Below are positions 37,560 to 49,482 of a DNA stretch of 64,000 nt, in pieces (position 1 is the stretch's first letter; the number at the start of each line of letters is the position of its first letter). Both the position numbers and the translations under genes were made by a program. This DNA is from Selaginella moellendorffii (Eukaryota; Plantae; Lycopodiophyta): the NCBI RefSeq assembly GCF_000143415.4, contig NW_003314263.1, positions 3,354,956 to 3,418,955 of the forward strand. Direction: 5' to 3'. The notes under the pieces were generated by a model. It was not told where the DNA came from. It saw only the letters and a program-made list of their open reading frames with translations, and ran no database searches.

Positions 37560-37930
37560 GGCGCGACCTCTTCAAGAGCGGGCATTTTGCTCGAGCATAA
37601 TGCCCTGGATAGAACCGTGGCTTGCATGAGAACTCTTGACAATCCCGTCGTTAGCAGGAGAGAATGGCTCCTGGAGATGCAATCCTGCAACAAAGATCCA
37701 CCAAGCGCTGGAAATTCGAGCGCAGACATTTGATCCCAGGAATACCACCCTCTGCAAGAAGCTCCTGGAACTCAAGAAAGGGTTTGATAGCATGCATGCT
37801 CGGGACGCTCACTCGTGGGTGATTATGCTATGCCCTAGATTTTACTTACATTGAAGTCTTGCACGGCAATGATAAGCTCGTACGCGGGCAACGAACATGT
37901 TTGGCGAAATAACTATGTGGAATATGCTGT
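37560..37930 (+). pseudogene. PPR 5' relic
   Basis: Deleted copy of 40490-41120 (TAGCAGGAGAGAATGG, TGCATGCTCGGGACGCTCACTCGTGGGTGATTATGCT). Confidence 0.85.
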
Positions 37931-38006
37931 TCTGTGTAGACTAAGCTTTCCTTTTCGAAACTAAGCCTATTTAAGGGAAGGAATAATATAAGGCAAGAAC
38001 GATGAT

Positions 38007-38245
38007 ATGCCGAATAGGAAGTGGGATGGCATGGTCGACAAGAAGAGCAGGAAATTGGATCCTTCCATCTGGTCGCGGCTTCCCCTGAAGATCCAATACC
38101 GCCTCATCAATTTCCTCTCATTACCCACGCTATGCCCCTCCAAAGACTGGCACGCAGCGATCAAGCAGCAGCAGCACCTTTCGCAGCAGCAGTGGTTGGA
38201 TCTCCTGGAAGGAAATCACTGTCCCCCTTCCAGAGCAAGCCATGA
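38007..38245 (+). pseudogene. F-box relic
   Basis: NRKWDGMVDKKSRKLDPSIWSRLP, a truncated copy of 31004. Confidence 0.85.
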
Positions 38246-38799
38246 TCTTCATACTTTGCTACAACCATACACAAAATCAACTCTGAGTTCAGTGTTTTCT
38301 CTTGTGTTATTGATGGTTTTTTAACTTGCTGTTCAAGTTCAAACCTTCTCCTCCTTGGCATATAATCATTTCTACTCAAATTTAATGTAAATTAGAGAGG
38401 ACGAATCTCAACATCAGGGAAGACAATAAAAACTCAGGGCCAAGAACACACTCGATCCACCAATGGCTCACTTTGGAACTTGGATCCCTGCAAAATAGAG
38501 GGTTCTCTCTAGCATTCTAGGGTTCCAGAGAGAATTCTTGTGGCATATTCTGACGTAAGTTTCAAGTAGGTGGAGGAAATGGAGCAGTACAGTTTCCACG
38601 AATCTCCAAGAACGCCAAGAACTACGCATTGTCATCGGTGCTCCACGGAAAGGTTTTATCCTCTCTCTTTCTTTTTCCTTACTCGATGTACAGAGGTAAA
38701 GAGATGGTACGATAAAGCAGATTGAGTGAAACAGAGAACGTTTAGCAACTTTCTCTTTGATAAGCACTTCGATTTTCTGCGAAAGGCTCGTCAAGCAAG

Positions 38800-39420
38800 G
38801 TACATGAACGCATTGTCCATAGCCAGGACATCAAACATCCTCGTCTTTTTTTCCGCAACGTGTATGAAGCTCGTGACGTGCTCTGTGCTATGAAAATGAT
38901 CAGCAAGCAGACTTCCATAGGGAGACACAAAGTCAACGTAAAATCTTACAGAGGATGGCATCCAGATGGGACGATGGCCTCTCTCGCAACTATCTGGATG
39001 CTGCAACAGGCAATTGACGAGAACAAGGTACATACAAACTTCTAGCTTGCATTTCATAGATCATAGGTTTTGTTCAGGTGTGGTGTTTTATACGCCAAGT
39101 TGTGTCGGGTCTGGATCTCACATACAGTCACACGGTGTCCTGCACCTCGATAAAACCGCGACAATGAAGATCTGTTTGCTACTTGGTGAAGAAGTTATTT
39201 GTCTGATGGCCACGTACTTCCAGCTACACTTAAACTATGTGACTTTGTTCCAGAAGCAAATGTGGGTGGGAAGAAGGTGGAGGTCTTCGCTCCCAAAGAA
39301 CAGCAGCTCTTCTAGATCTCGTCTCATCGTTACTGAGCTTGGAGCCATCTGCTGTTGGTACTGAAGTGGAAACATTAAAGTCGCGTGGAAAGTGAACGAT
39401 CGATTATATGATTCATACAA
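38800..39420 (+). pseudogene. Protein kinase relic
   Basis: FRNVYEARDVLCAMKMI (subdomain I-II-like) and QVVSGL...HGVLHLD(I)K.DN (subdomain VI-like) in broken frames. Confidence 0.5.
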
Positions 39421-39459
39421 GGTACCGCGCTCTTCCTTTTTTTTTCTTTTCCTTCCACA

Positions 39460-40410
39460 GCTGGAGCCTTCTCCAACAATCCTTCTCGAGTTCTTTGCAA
39501 TAGAAAAAGTTTTGCTTCCTTCTAAGGATAGTTTCCACTGTTCATGACACCAACAGGAATGCAGATTCCATGGTAAAGCTTTCTAAGGATCGGTTTTGAC
39601 GAATTTCTTTGTTTCCAGACCCTGAGGAAACTTGCAAAACCGAGGCTCGTCAACGATCAAAATGGAGGCAACAACAACAATACCAATGCTGGAAACTGGT
39701 TAGTTCCAAGCTTTTAAAGTTCCGAAAGTTTATCTCGAGATTTTTTCTTCCCCTTAGGTGCTTGGCATTTGACATGCGCGATGGATGGAAGAACACCAAA
39801 GGCAAGTTAGCGAGCTCCGAGCCGGCTTGCAAGCACACATTCACATTACGACGAAGTCTTCCGCCTTAAAGGCGTGGCTGCCAAAGCCGATGTCTTCCAC
39901 TTCGTCTCTGGGATGTGGAAAACTCCCGCCGAGAGGTGTTTTATGTGCTTCAGGCCATTTGTTCTTTCAGTTTTTTCTTAGCTTGGGTCTTTGTTTCCAT
40001 ATACTGATCGATGGTTTTCTTTGTTTCCAGATTTTGATTCTTGATACTTGATCTGCTTGGCTTGGATGTTTGACCCATGGTTTTCTTTGTTTCCAGCTTT
40101 TGATTCCACAGCTCGAGCGCAACAGCTTTTAGGAACTTGCAGTCGTCACAGCAGGCCGAGCCAAGGATGGACGCTCTCTCGCAAGGGATGGAAGCTCGAT
40201 ACACTGGTTGCCGGGCTCTCTAGGAAACTCCCCCAACGTAGCGAACTACATGAGACAAATGGCCATGGCGATGGGAAAGCTTGACATTGTTCATATGTAA
40301 CGCGAGCCGCGATCTTTCTTTCTCGCTGATAATTCTTTGGAGGATCTTCGCCAGCAAACACTGCAACAAATGCACAGGATTCTAACCACGAGACAAGCCG
40401 CTCTCCTGGA
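39460..40410 (+). pseudogene. TGA bZIP pseudogene with many deletions, introns retained
   Basis: Colinear with ~35720-37030, including intron sequence; frameshifts. Confidence 0.9.
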
Positions 40411-40510
40411 TGGTAAGGATATCTTTTGAAGAATTCCCCTAGCTTGAAAATAAAAGGGAAAGGATCCCAGTTTGACTTATGCCAAGAACGGGGCATTTTG
40501 CTCAAGTATA

Positions 40511-42214
40511 ATGCCCTTTATAAACCAGGATAGAACTGTAGCTTGTCACGCTCCCTTCGCTAGCAGGAGAGAATGGTTCCTGGAGATGCAATCCTGCAAG
40601 ACGATCCACCAAGCCCTGGAAATTCGAGCGCAGACATTCGATCCCAATGACACCATCCTCTGCAACAAGCTCCTAGAGATGTTTGGGAGATTTGGCACCA
40701 GAAACTCGCGAGAGGTTTTCGATAGCATGCATGCTCGGGACGCTCACTCGTGGGTGATTATGCTTTCTACCTATGCCAAGAATGGGCATCTGGAACAATC
40801 GGAGAAAATCTTTCAGGAGATCCCTGAGAAGAACATTGTCTCTTGGAATGCAATGCTCACCGCATATTCTAAAAACGGATGTATGCTTGAAGCTGACCAA
40901 TTATTTAACTCTATGCCCCAGTGGGATCTTGTCTCTTGGAACGCTATTGTTTCAGCATATGCCAAATCTGGGCATCTTGAAATGGCCAGATTTTACTTTG
41001 ACCGCATGCCCGTGGCCACAATGAAGTCCTGTACGGCAATGATAGGATCGTACTCGGAGCATGATTTTTTTGACAGGGCAAAGGACATGTTTGACGAGAT
41101 GCCTATGTGGAATATGCTTTCCTGGACATGCATATTAGCAGCATATGCTCAAAATGGGCATCCAGTAAAAACTCAAGAACTTTTCGACTCTATGCCACAA
41201 CATGACCTTATTTCCTGGACTGCGTTGCTAAGTGGTTACAGTTCTCTTGAAATGATACAAAACGTTTTTGATGCCATGCCTCAAACAAATGTTGTTTCCT
41301 GGACAGCCGTTCTTGCAGCATATGCCCAAGAGGGGCAATTACACAAGTCAAAGACTTTGTTTGAGAATATGCCCGAGCACAACCTTGCATCCTCGACTGC
41401 TCTCCTATCAGCTTTCTCTCAAGCAGGACACCTTGAAGAATCTAAAAGTATCTTTCTTGGGATGAGAGAAAGGAATTTTGTTTCCTGGTCTGCTATCTTG
41501 GCTGGGTATATCCACAATGGCAGACTCGATGAGGCGAAGCACGTCTTTGATGTAATGCCTGAGTGGAACATTCGGTGCTGGAATTCCTTGTTATCGGGAT
41601 ATGCTGCTCTTGGGCATATTGACCAAGTTAAATCTTTATTTGACAAGATGCCTGACCACAATAGAGCTTCATGGAGTTGCCTACTGACTGCTCACCAAAG
41701 AAGCGGAAACCTTGTAAAAGTAAGAAGAATCTTCAATTTAATGCCTGAAAAAGATATAATAGCTTGGAGCTCGATGATTGGGGCAAATACTAGCACTGGG
41801 TGTTGCAAAGAGGCAGTTGCTTTGTTTGATTTGCTCAAGTGTGTGGATATCCCTGAGCAACTGTGTTTCCTCTCTGTGTTAGCTGCTTGTAGTGGAGAAG
41901 GAAACTTAATGCTTGGGAAGACAATCTTTATGTCAATGGGTTTGGACTACAAAATTGAAGCCACACACCAGCACTTCAGATGTATGGTTGATTTGTTGTG
42001 TCGAGCGGGTTATCTGGATAGTGCTGAGGAGCTTATAAATTCAATGCCATATGTTCCAGGGGCTGTGGAGTGGGCATGTTTGTTATCTTCTTGTAGAAAT
42101 TATAAGGATTCCAAGCAAAATTCTAGAATTGGTCAGCATGTTTTAGAGATTCTGTTGAGAAATCATGAAGCATCATATGCTTATTCTTTGTTGTTTAATT
42201 CTCATATAGTATAA
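40511..42214 (+). CDS. PLS-class PPR protein (31-aa S-type repeats, E-like C-terminus, no DYW)
   Basis: Repeats F..MP..++.SW..++.AYA..GH; HFRCMVDLLCRAGYL..AEELI..MP..P....W..LL..C; start codon uncertain. Confidence 0.9.
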   Translation: MPFINQDRTVACHAPFASRREWFLEMQSCKTIHQALEIRAQTFDPNDTILCNKLLEMFGRFGTRNSREVFDSMHARDAHSWVIMLSTYAKNGHLEQSEKIFQEIPEKNIVSWNAMLTAYSKNGCMLEADQLFNSMPQWDLVSWNAIVSAYAKSGHLEMARFYFDRMPVATMKSCTAMIGSYSEHDFFDRAKDMFDEMPMWNMLSWTCILAAYAQNGHPVKTQELFDSMPQHDLISWTALLSGYSSLEMIQNVFDAMPQTNVVSWTAVLAAYAQEGQLHKSKTLFENMPEHNLASSTALLSAFSQAGHLEESKSIFLGMRERNFVSWSAILAGYIHNGRLDEAKHVFDVMPEWNIRCWNSLLSGYAALGHIDQVKSLFDKMPDHNRASWSCLLTAHQRSGNLVKVRRIFNLMPEKDIIAWSSMIGANTSTGCCKEAVALFDLLKCVDIPEQLCFLSVLAACSGEGNLMLGKTIFMSMGLDYKIEATHQHFRCMVDLLCRAGYLDSAEELINSMPYVPGAVEWACLLSSCRNYKDSKQNSRIGQHVLEILLRNHEASYAYSLLFNSHIV

Positions 42215-44488
42215 ATTTAAAATTCTCAATATTAAATTATATATTTTTCTCTTTCTATTCTTCAATTTAATTTGAAATTAAATTAGTGTTAATTATCTAA
42301 GATGACATTGAGAATTAAGATCAACATGTACAGAATTATATAAATCAGTGCAAAGAACACAACTCTATCATTTGCTTAAAATGTATGAAACTAAAGAAAT
42401 AAAAAAGCAATATTATATAAGTTGGTTTTAAGATAGATAAGAATATCGTTTTAATTAAAAATATTTAAATATTAAATAATATAATAACATTTAAGATCGA
42501 GATCTGGGTATGTCTAACATGTCTAGTCTATTAATGATTTTATAGCATTGTCTCATGAAGCAGTGAATTTCAATGAATGGTTTCATTATAGGAAATTTAA
42601 CACTTTGAGCATGTGTGATAAAAAAAGTTTGTCAATAATCTTTGTGATCCAAATTGAGAGTGAATGTGATTAAGCATTAAAATGTGTGTGGTTTTGTCAA
42701 ACTTGTAATAGAGCCATCATGATTAAAAATTCTTTTACATTCTACCACTAGAATCTCCTAAAATGCTAAAAACCACATTATTTTTTAGTGTCTGGTGCTC
42801 TAAGCATTCATACATGAAATTTCTTTTTTTTTTCCCTCTACTTGATGCATTTCCTTTCTAAAATTAAAGATGGTACAACAAAGTAGTGAAACAAAGAATG
42901 TATAGCAACTTTCTCTTTGATAAACACTTTGATTTCTTTGGGAGATTGGGATTAGGCTCATCAAGCAAGGTACATGATATGATACTTTCAAATATTTGTA
43001 ATACCTATCAAAATAAGTTTTTGAAATTAAAATTATAGTGATTATTGATAGGAAGCCCTTCACTCTCTTGCAATAGTTCTTTATTATGGGTGTTTAGTTG
43101 TAAGAAACCAGAAAGAATAACTTGAAAGATCATTTATTAATTTAAAAGGTACTAAGAAAGGTTCATGAATAAGAGTGCACCTTTTTTTTCATTATTTAAG
43201 GTTTTTGAGATATATGGAATTCAACATTCTTGAATTTGAGTGTATGTGACCTCATGGGACATCTTTACTTTTTAATAAGTGTTGTCACTCACTAATATAA
43301 TATTTATCTTTTTAAAGCTATATAATAGGAGATAATATAGGTACATTTAGTGGTGAATTGTGGATAATGTTCATACCTTTATGTTCTTTATAGTAGATGC
43401 TACACCTACTTTATAATGAGTGCTACCAAATGTATTTCAGTGCCCAGCTAGACCAAAGTATAATATAATTGATTTCAACCATTATTAATGGACCACAAGC
43501 ATGGTTACGTGAGCCAATTGTAGCATACAACTCTATCCACTAGAATTTCTGGGAAAAGGTTGCAAACTTCTTTCTATACCAGTTTAGGCTAAAAATATGA
43601 TAAACAAGAAATTTCCTTTTATAATTTCCAAATATCTCCATTTAGCTTCCTGTACAGCATACAATGTTATTTGCTCGCAAATTGCTCTCATATCATTTAG
43701 CACTAAGATCACTATATAAAATGGGATGTAGCAAATGGTTTCAACTAGCAACACCTCATGTACTACATCTTTAAAACACTAAACAAGGATCACTTCCCAA
43801 AGAGCAAAAATGTGTGTGGCAATAGGTCGAGCAATAGAAAATAAATTAATATCAACAATATCATTTAGCACTTCAAGAAAATTATCCATAATTCACCACC
43901 AAATGTGCTTATATTATCATTCATATACATGCAACCAGTGGGTGCTACTGCTAAGCACCCACTATAACAGACCTACTGCAGGAGGTGAATGTCTACTACA
44001 GATCTTAAGCTCAAAAACGTGGGTGTGCATTACACATTGCAGTGTCTCTTGCAAACAAGAATATAGCGTTGATTTGGAGAATGTACAGTGCTGATTTGGA
44101 GAATGGAGTCATCTCAGGTTAAATTTGTTTGCCCTGTAGCTTCTCTGTCATAACACAGATCTTAGCACATTGCTCAAATGCTTTCATTTTACACACCTAG
44201 CTTTGTTTTTAGCGCCATTTGAGTGACAAAATCAATAACAAGGGGCCATATAGCTTTAACACTTGGCTTCTCATTGAATCGGTTGGCTAATACAATGTTT
44301 TCTTTGGATAGTGCCAGGTACCAGGTTATGCGGCACTTCACAATGACCAAGCATACCGGAAGAGACGACAGGTGGCTGGGAACAAACTATTGCTTTAGCA
44401 ATGGCAAACTGAGTCAGTTCTCTTTCTTATTGAGCGATCAGCAGTACAATCATCAAGTTATTCTGGTTTGGTTTAGACATTGTTAGAA

Positions 44489-45642
44489 CTAATACATTTT
44501 GAGAAACACAGGATGCAATGGAGGCATAGATGTTCTAATACACTCATCAAACTCGTCCAGAAGCTTTGAATAAGTACCTTTCTCCAAGTAGAGTGGAATG
44601 TGATCAAAACCAACGTCTTGTCTGTTGGAAAAAAACCGCCCTGTTGTAGATTTGGAGGCTGGAAGCAATGCCAACCAAATGACAGTGTCGGCCCCAATTT
44701 GAGCCGAATGGCCATTATTCCTTGACATATCTGTGCTAGTCAGACCTGGACACATGCAATTCACAAAGAATTTACCACCCTGTTTAGAGAGATCCCTTGC
44801 CAGCACTCTTGAGTAAGCATTCAGAAGAAGCTTTGATAAGCAGTAGTCGTATGCTCCAAAGATCCCGGTCCACCCTTTTACTATAAGTCGGCCATGTTCC
44901 ACGTCCTCTATAAATTCGCCTACCACTTCATCCAAAGTTTCCATTGAGAGCTTGGAAACCTTTTGTACCACAGTTTGGTTTCGAAGAGCCTAAAGTGCAC
45001 CAGATAGTTAGGATGCTTGAAGTTATAGAGACTTACATCCATCCGGCTTGTTGCTGAACTCACGTTGATGATGCGAGCTCCATGGTGAGATTGTGATCTC
45101 ATTAGATGAAGCAAGCACTCGGTCACCATCCGGGTTCCATAGAAGTTCGTGCTTATAACATCCTTGGAACCCTCCACTGTTGGATTGCCCAAGTGCTCAT
45201 TTCTTGAGATTCCAGCATTGTTGACCTGTAATTAATTCAGTAGTGCCAGAAAGGAGAAACCTCGAACATACCAGAATATCTAAGCCACCAAACTTAGTTT
45301 CAATCCATTTAGCAAAGTTTTGGATGGATGATGTGCTTCTCACGTCCAAGACGTGGAACTGAAGTGTTGCCGGATTGATCCTTTGATCCTGCTTGAGAGA
45401 ATTCAGAGCTGCCAACCCTCTCTGCTCGTCTCTGGCAGTCAGGACCGTCATCACGCCCTTGAGTGCCAGGCCTTGAGCAATGGCAAATCCGAGCCCCTTG
45501 TTGCTTCCAGTCACCACAGCAATTGTATCTTTAGACCACCATCTTATATTGAAGATTTGGATCCAGGAAGAGCATTCCAAGAGACCAGTCAGGTGATGAA
45601 AGAACTTCCTCTAGACACTTACTGATTGCAAGAGTCCACCAT
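44489..45642 (-). CDS. Short-chain dehydrogenase/reductase (carbonyl/neomenthol-dehydrogenase type)
   Basis: WWSKDTIAVVTGSNKGLG; LDILVNNAG; TNFYGT; RIINVSS; YCLSK; CPG...TDM; four exons in frame. Confidence 0.9.
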
Positions 45643-45852
45643 AGCTCAAGAAGATACCTATGTGGTTGGAAGTGCGATAATTTATATTTTAATGGTCTAG
45701 TCTTCATGCGCTTCCAACTGGTGACAAATGACAACTGTGGTGAAACTATTGTTAATCGTGACACTATTGTTAAGCTGGAACTTCTCAAGGATTTGTCAGT
45801 TAGCAGTTAGCAACTACAATCTTTTTCAAAATTTGAATTCAGTGAAGGAGAC

Positions 45853-45880
45853 ACGGAATTCTAACCACTAAACAACACTG
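45853..45880 (-). pseudogene. tRNA-His 5' relic
   Basis: Minus strand GTTTAGTGGTTAGAATTCC vs GTTTAGTGGTGAGAATTCC in tRNA-His; same position upstream of an SDR as the intact copy at 62959. Confidence 0.55.
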
Positions 45881-45979
45881 ACTTTGTAGAAGATTCTAGT
45901 CAATGGGTTCAAGTACCCAAAGTGGGCATTTATTAAAGACAAGGTTTGCTATTCCAAGTCGCTTGTGGGATGAGTAAAA

Positions 45980-46034
45980 TGGGATGAGAGAGGTTCGAAC
46001 TCTCGACCTCAGGATTTCTCAGTGCCACCATCCC
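45980..46034 (-). pseudogene. tRNA-Met pseudogene (central deletion)
   Basis: GGGATGGTGGC|ACTGAGAAATCCTGAGGTCGAGAGTTCGAACCTCTCTCATCCCA. Confidence 0.8.
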
Positions 46035-46149
46035 TTATCATTGTAATAACCATGCTCTCTTAATGATTGATATAACTTATTATCGAGGTTCCATCTTGAA
46101 ACAAAACCGGAGTTATGGATCTTTTGTTTGGTAGGTAACCACAAAAAAG

Positions 46150-47010
46150 AACAAGGAAAAGAGCTTACATTCTTGTGTTGATTTTTTTCTTGTCCAGGTC
46201 TTGGTAGCAAGAGCCTGACTCTCGCAAAAGATTCATTACGTCTTTGTTTGAGGTTAACAAGAATGACTCCAAAGTTTTTTCTTTCTTTCTTTGCTTGCTC
46301 TTTTTCTTTTTTTTTCCTTTTTATTTTATTTTATTTTTTCTTTTTGAGGTGATGGTAACTTTTTGAAGGTAGCAGGAGTGATTGGAAGTGCTACTGCTCT
46401 TTGCAAAGCCTTGGTACGTTTTGTCTCTCACTTTTGAAAATTTTTTTGTACGACCTGTGAGCTTTTTTCACTCCATTGCAGGATTAGTTCAAGGTGTTTA
46501 TGCATCAAGTTCATTGTTCTGTTTGCTAAGTTCGAAATTTTCTAGATATTCTGTTTTTGACAATTCTTGGAGGTATATAGTTTCAAGCTAAGCACAAACC
46601 CACTGTTACTCCAATGGACCATAGCAATGGTATCGGCCTTAAATGTTACGAGTTTCTTTAGGTTCATTTCCTCTTTTGGTCTTGTAGCAAGATCTCTGAA
46701 AATGAGAATTCATTGAAAGAACTTCGCATGCCATGCATTTGGTAAGTGAGAACCAATCTTTCTTTTTCCTACTTTTACATCTTGTTTTGTGCAGATAGCT
46801 TTGAGCCTTGGCATTCTTTACGGCTTTTCTTGTTGATAATATCGTGATGGTAGGTTTTCAGCATTCCACCTGTCGTAGAATCTCAAATTTTTCGTCTTAG
46901 CTGAGAAGCATGGCTATACTTCAGGTAGCTTCAGAAGAAGAAAAACACCTAAGTTGATAAAACCATCCTCTTGATCCAGCTGAACACTCGAGTGCTTGGC
47001 TATGGAATGT
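46150..47010 (+). pseudogene. MurJ 5'-half pseudogene
   Basis: Colinear with ~52120-53230 (GGTAACTTTTTGAAG.TAGC.GGAGTGATTGGAAGTGCTACTGCTCT; AAAACCATCCTCTTGATCCAGCTGA). Confidence 0.88.
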
Positions 47011-47329
47011 AGTTGAAAAGAGATTGAGAGGTTTGGGCGACCAAGCTTGTGATAGCAAACACATCAGTAGATGCTCAACAGCGTTCTCAATAAAAAGTCA
47101 ATAGAAAGTTAAGAAAAACCCCCAATCTTCTAGTGCATGGTGAATCGTCCAAGACTTCCCGAGTTGCCGGATTGGCTGCTGCTGCAATTCAGGTATGGTA
47201 TCAATATTTTCTTGCTGCTTCTTTGTCTAAATGAGGCTGCTGATGAGAATTTCTTACAGCAAGTGCGAAGATGATGGTTTCGAGCTGCTCCATCGTCAGA
47301 TTGCAGAGAATAATCACAATCTACAACTG

Positions 47330-47940
47330 GCAGTTGTTGTTGCGATTTCTGTATAGTGTTATTCTCTCTTAGAATCAAATTGGTGATCAAAATGCTCGCA
47401 CTAATATGCTGTTTTTAGTTCAAATTCAAAGTGCCATTGCAACAACTAGGTTGAAGCTGATGAACCAAGTACGTGGATTCTGGTTCGGACTGCTGCGTCC
47501 GGCCCGGTGCTTTCCCGGAGAGGGCCGCTTCCCGTAGGCTCTCCTCGGCCGGGGATGCTAATTTAAGAAAGATTTCCAAGATTGATCACGAGCTCGAACT
47601 AGTGGCACTTGAGGTACAATACCTGTTCTTTTCTCAAATTGTTCTTTGAGTAAATATGCTCTCAAACATCAGGATGGCTTCTTGAATGATGAATAAAGCA
47701 TATGGTGAATATATGATATAGTGTAGAAAAGTAGTAAAAAGTACCAAGCCACCTGGGAGAGAATTTTGCAGAAGGTGCAAAATCCTAAAATCCTGGAGCA
47801 TCACAAACTGTCCTGTGGGAAAAGGTCATCCCATCAGAATTGATCACGCTGTCCCTTGTACTTGCACATGGTGGCAAAAAGGTGATTGGTTGCTACACAG
47901 GTTGCTCATTGAGTTTGAGAAGATCCCATGCCCAAGCTTA
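47330..47940 (+). pseudogene. Possible TFIIIA relic around the P5SM-like element
   Basis: Fragmentary zinc-finger-like pieces (CDFC; C+K..KY.SHL-like; EKIPCP), no open frame. Confidence 0.35.
47450..47613 (+). ncRNA. P5SM-like (plant 5S rRNA mimic) structured cassette exon
   Basis: TGATGAA...TGGTTCGGACTGCTGCGTCC closing with GGATGCTAATTT; inner purine-rich GGAGAGGGCCGC, CCC loop, GGCTC; AG at 47448-9 and GT at 47614; matches my recollection of TFIIIA P5SM. Confidence 0.65.
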
Positions 47941-48857
47941 AAGCTGGACTTAGCTTAGCTATTCAACTGGGGGTAGTAACTACTACTCTTCATATGATGC
48001 ACCTGTAAGAGCTGGAGGAGCCATTGTGTGACTTACCCAAGGAAAGTGTAACCATGATTTGAAATGAGGATTGTAGGGACGCTGAAGTGGCATATGATGT
48101 ATTTGTAAATGAAGTGTGCCATGGAAATCTAGTCAGCATGCTGAAAGATGGTCTAGTATTTACAAGGTAAAGGATTTGTAGAAGATTTGCAAAGAATTGG
48201 GGAATCTCATCAACATAAAAGCAACTAAGCCTGGGTAGGGTATAAGCTATGTTATATAGTAAATCTTTTAAGTTGAACCAACAGACTTCACAATGTAATA
48301 CAAAATAAGCATTACATTTATTTGATCCGGAAATGATGGAGAAGCAAATGCATGTTAGCATTTTGTGGCTAATGTGTATAAATCAATGCAATTATAGTAA
48401 TTATATAGTAAGGCGTTGTTATTTGTTGTTGTTTTTTGTTACTACTAGTGTTCTTTACTATCTCAAAATGTGAAATTCTAATATTGGGGGTTGTTTTTCC
48501 AAGAATAGCATATATATTTAGCCACCTTTTAATGTCAAAAGCTACTTTGGTCATTTATGACATGTATATTATTGCGAGAAATGGGAGGGAAAAATCTCTA
48601 AAATAACTTTACAAAAGAGTTTAACCTTATCAAAGTGGACATAAACAAGTTTTGGGAGATAGAAAGTGTCATTTATTTGAGGTAGGTTTTACGAAGAGAC
48701 AAAGTGTTTTTGAAGAGTGTCATAGCTAAATTAAGCTCATTTTCACTCTTGTTTTTTCTAGCTTTTAGCTCTTATTGCCCTTAGGTTGTTGTTGAGCAGC
48801 TTTAGAAGGAGATTTTCAATAAAGTTGCTTTACATTTTATAGAATGTCATAATATGA

Positions 48858-48965
48858 TGTGTGTGTGTGTGTGTTTTTTTCTGTATATATATGTTTGTAT
48901 ATATATGTATATGTATATGTATATGTATACATATATGTCTATATGTACATATATGTGTGTGTGTA
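48858..48965. repeat. (TG)/(TA)/(TATATG) microsatellite complex
   Basis: Direct reading. Confidence 0.9.
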
Positions 48966-49482
48966 TTATTGATCTTTCTATAAAAAAAAGTTTGAAAACA
49001 AGTTATGTAGTCACATAACAGCATTTAAGGGCTTCATTCATAGATTCTCAAACAAATAAGAAAAGAAAAAACAATTGTCAATTAAATCGTTTTGCAGGGA
49101 GATGTGTTTCAGTGACGACACCATTGCTTTTTGATAGCTTTTACTCACTTTGGTTCTTTCAAATCCTACGATAATAAGACTCTTTGTAACTTGAGAATCC
49201 TTTTTAACACTGATGAGGTGTTTTTACAGGTATGATCTCGGTTGATTTTTTGGAGGCTACTGACAAAGAATTTTCCTCGTCTCTTCCTTTGGCGTCAACA
49301 TCGCTGACTGGAGCAGCGTCGTGAGTGAGCATGACTTAGGCGGTGAGCTTGACGAGAAGAGTTCTCAGACTTTCGCGGAAGCTGGCTCTTGTTCTTGAAG
49401 GGAATGTTCACCAGAATAAGAGTGAGGTGGCAAGGTCAGATTTTTCTCATTCTCGCAGCAGCAGCAGCAGCAGCCGAGCAAG

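Noticed and set aside
43300-43900. Possible hAT transposase relic (HLLHP-like, minus strand)
   Set aside because: Too degenerate to support.
47828-47839. ATCCCATCAGAA identical to part of plant 5S rRNA near the P5SM-like element
   Set aside because: Only 12 nt with no flanking similarity; likely chance.
48000-48800. Possible hAT relic (DIKRWLNIY resembling D+.TRWNS.Y)
   Set aside because: Single weak motif, no termini.
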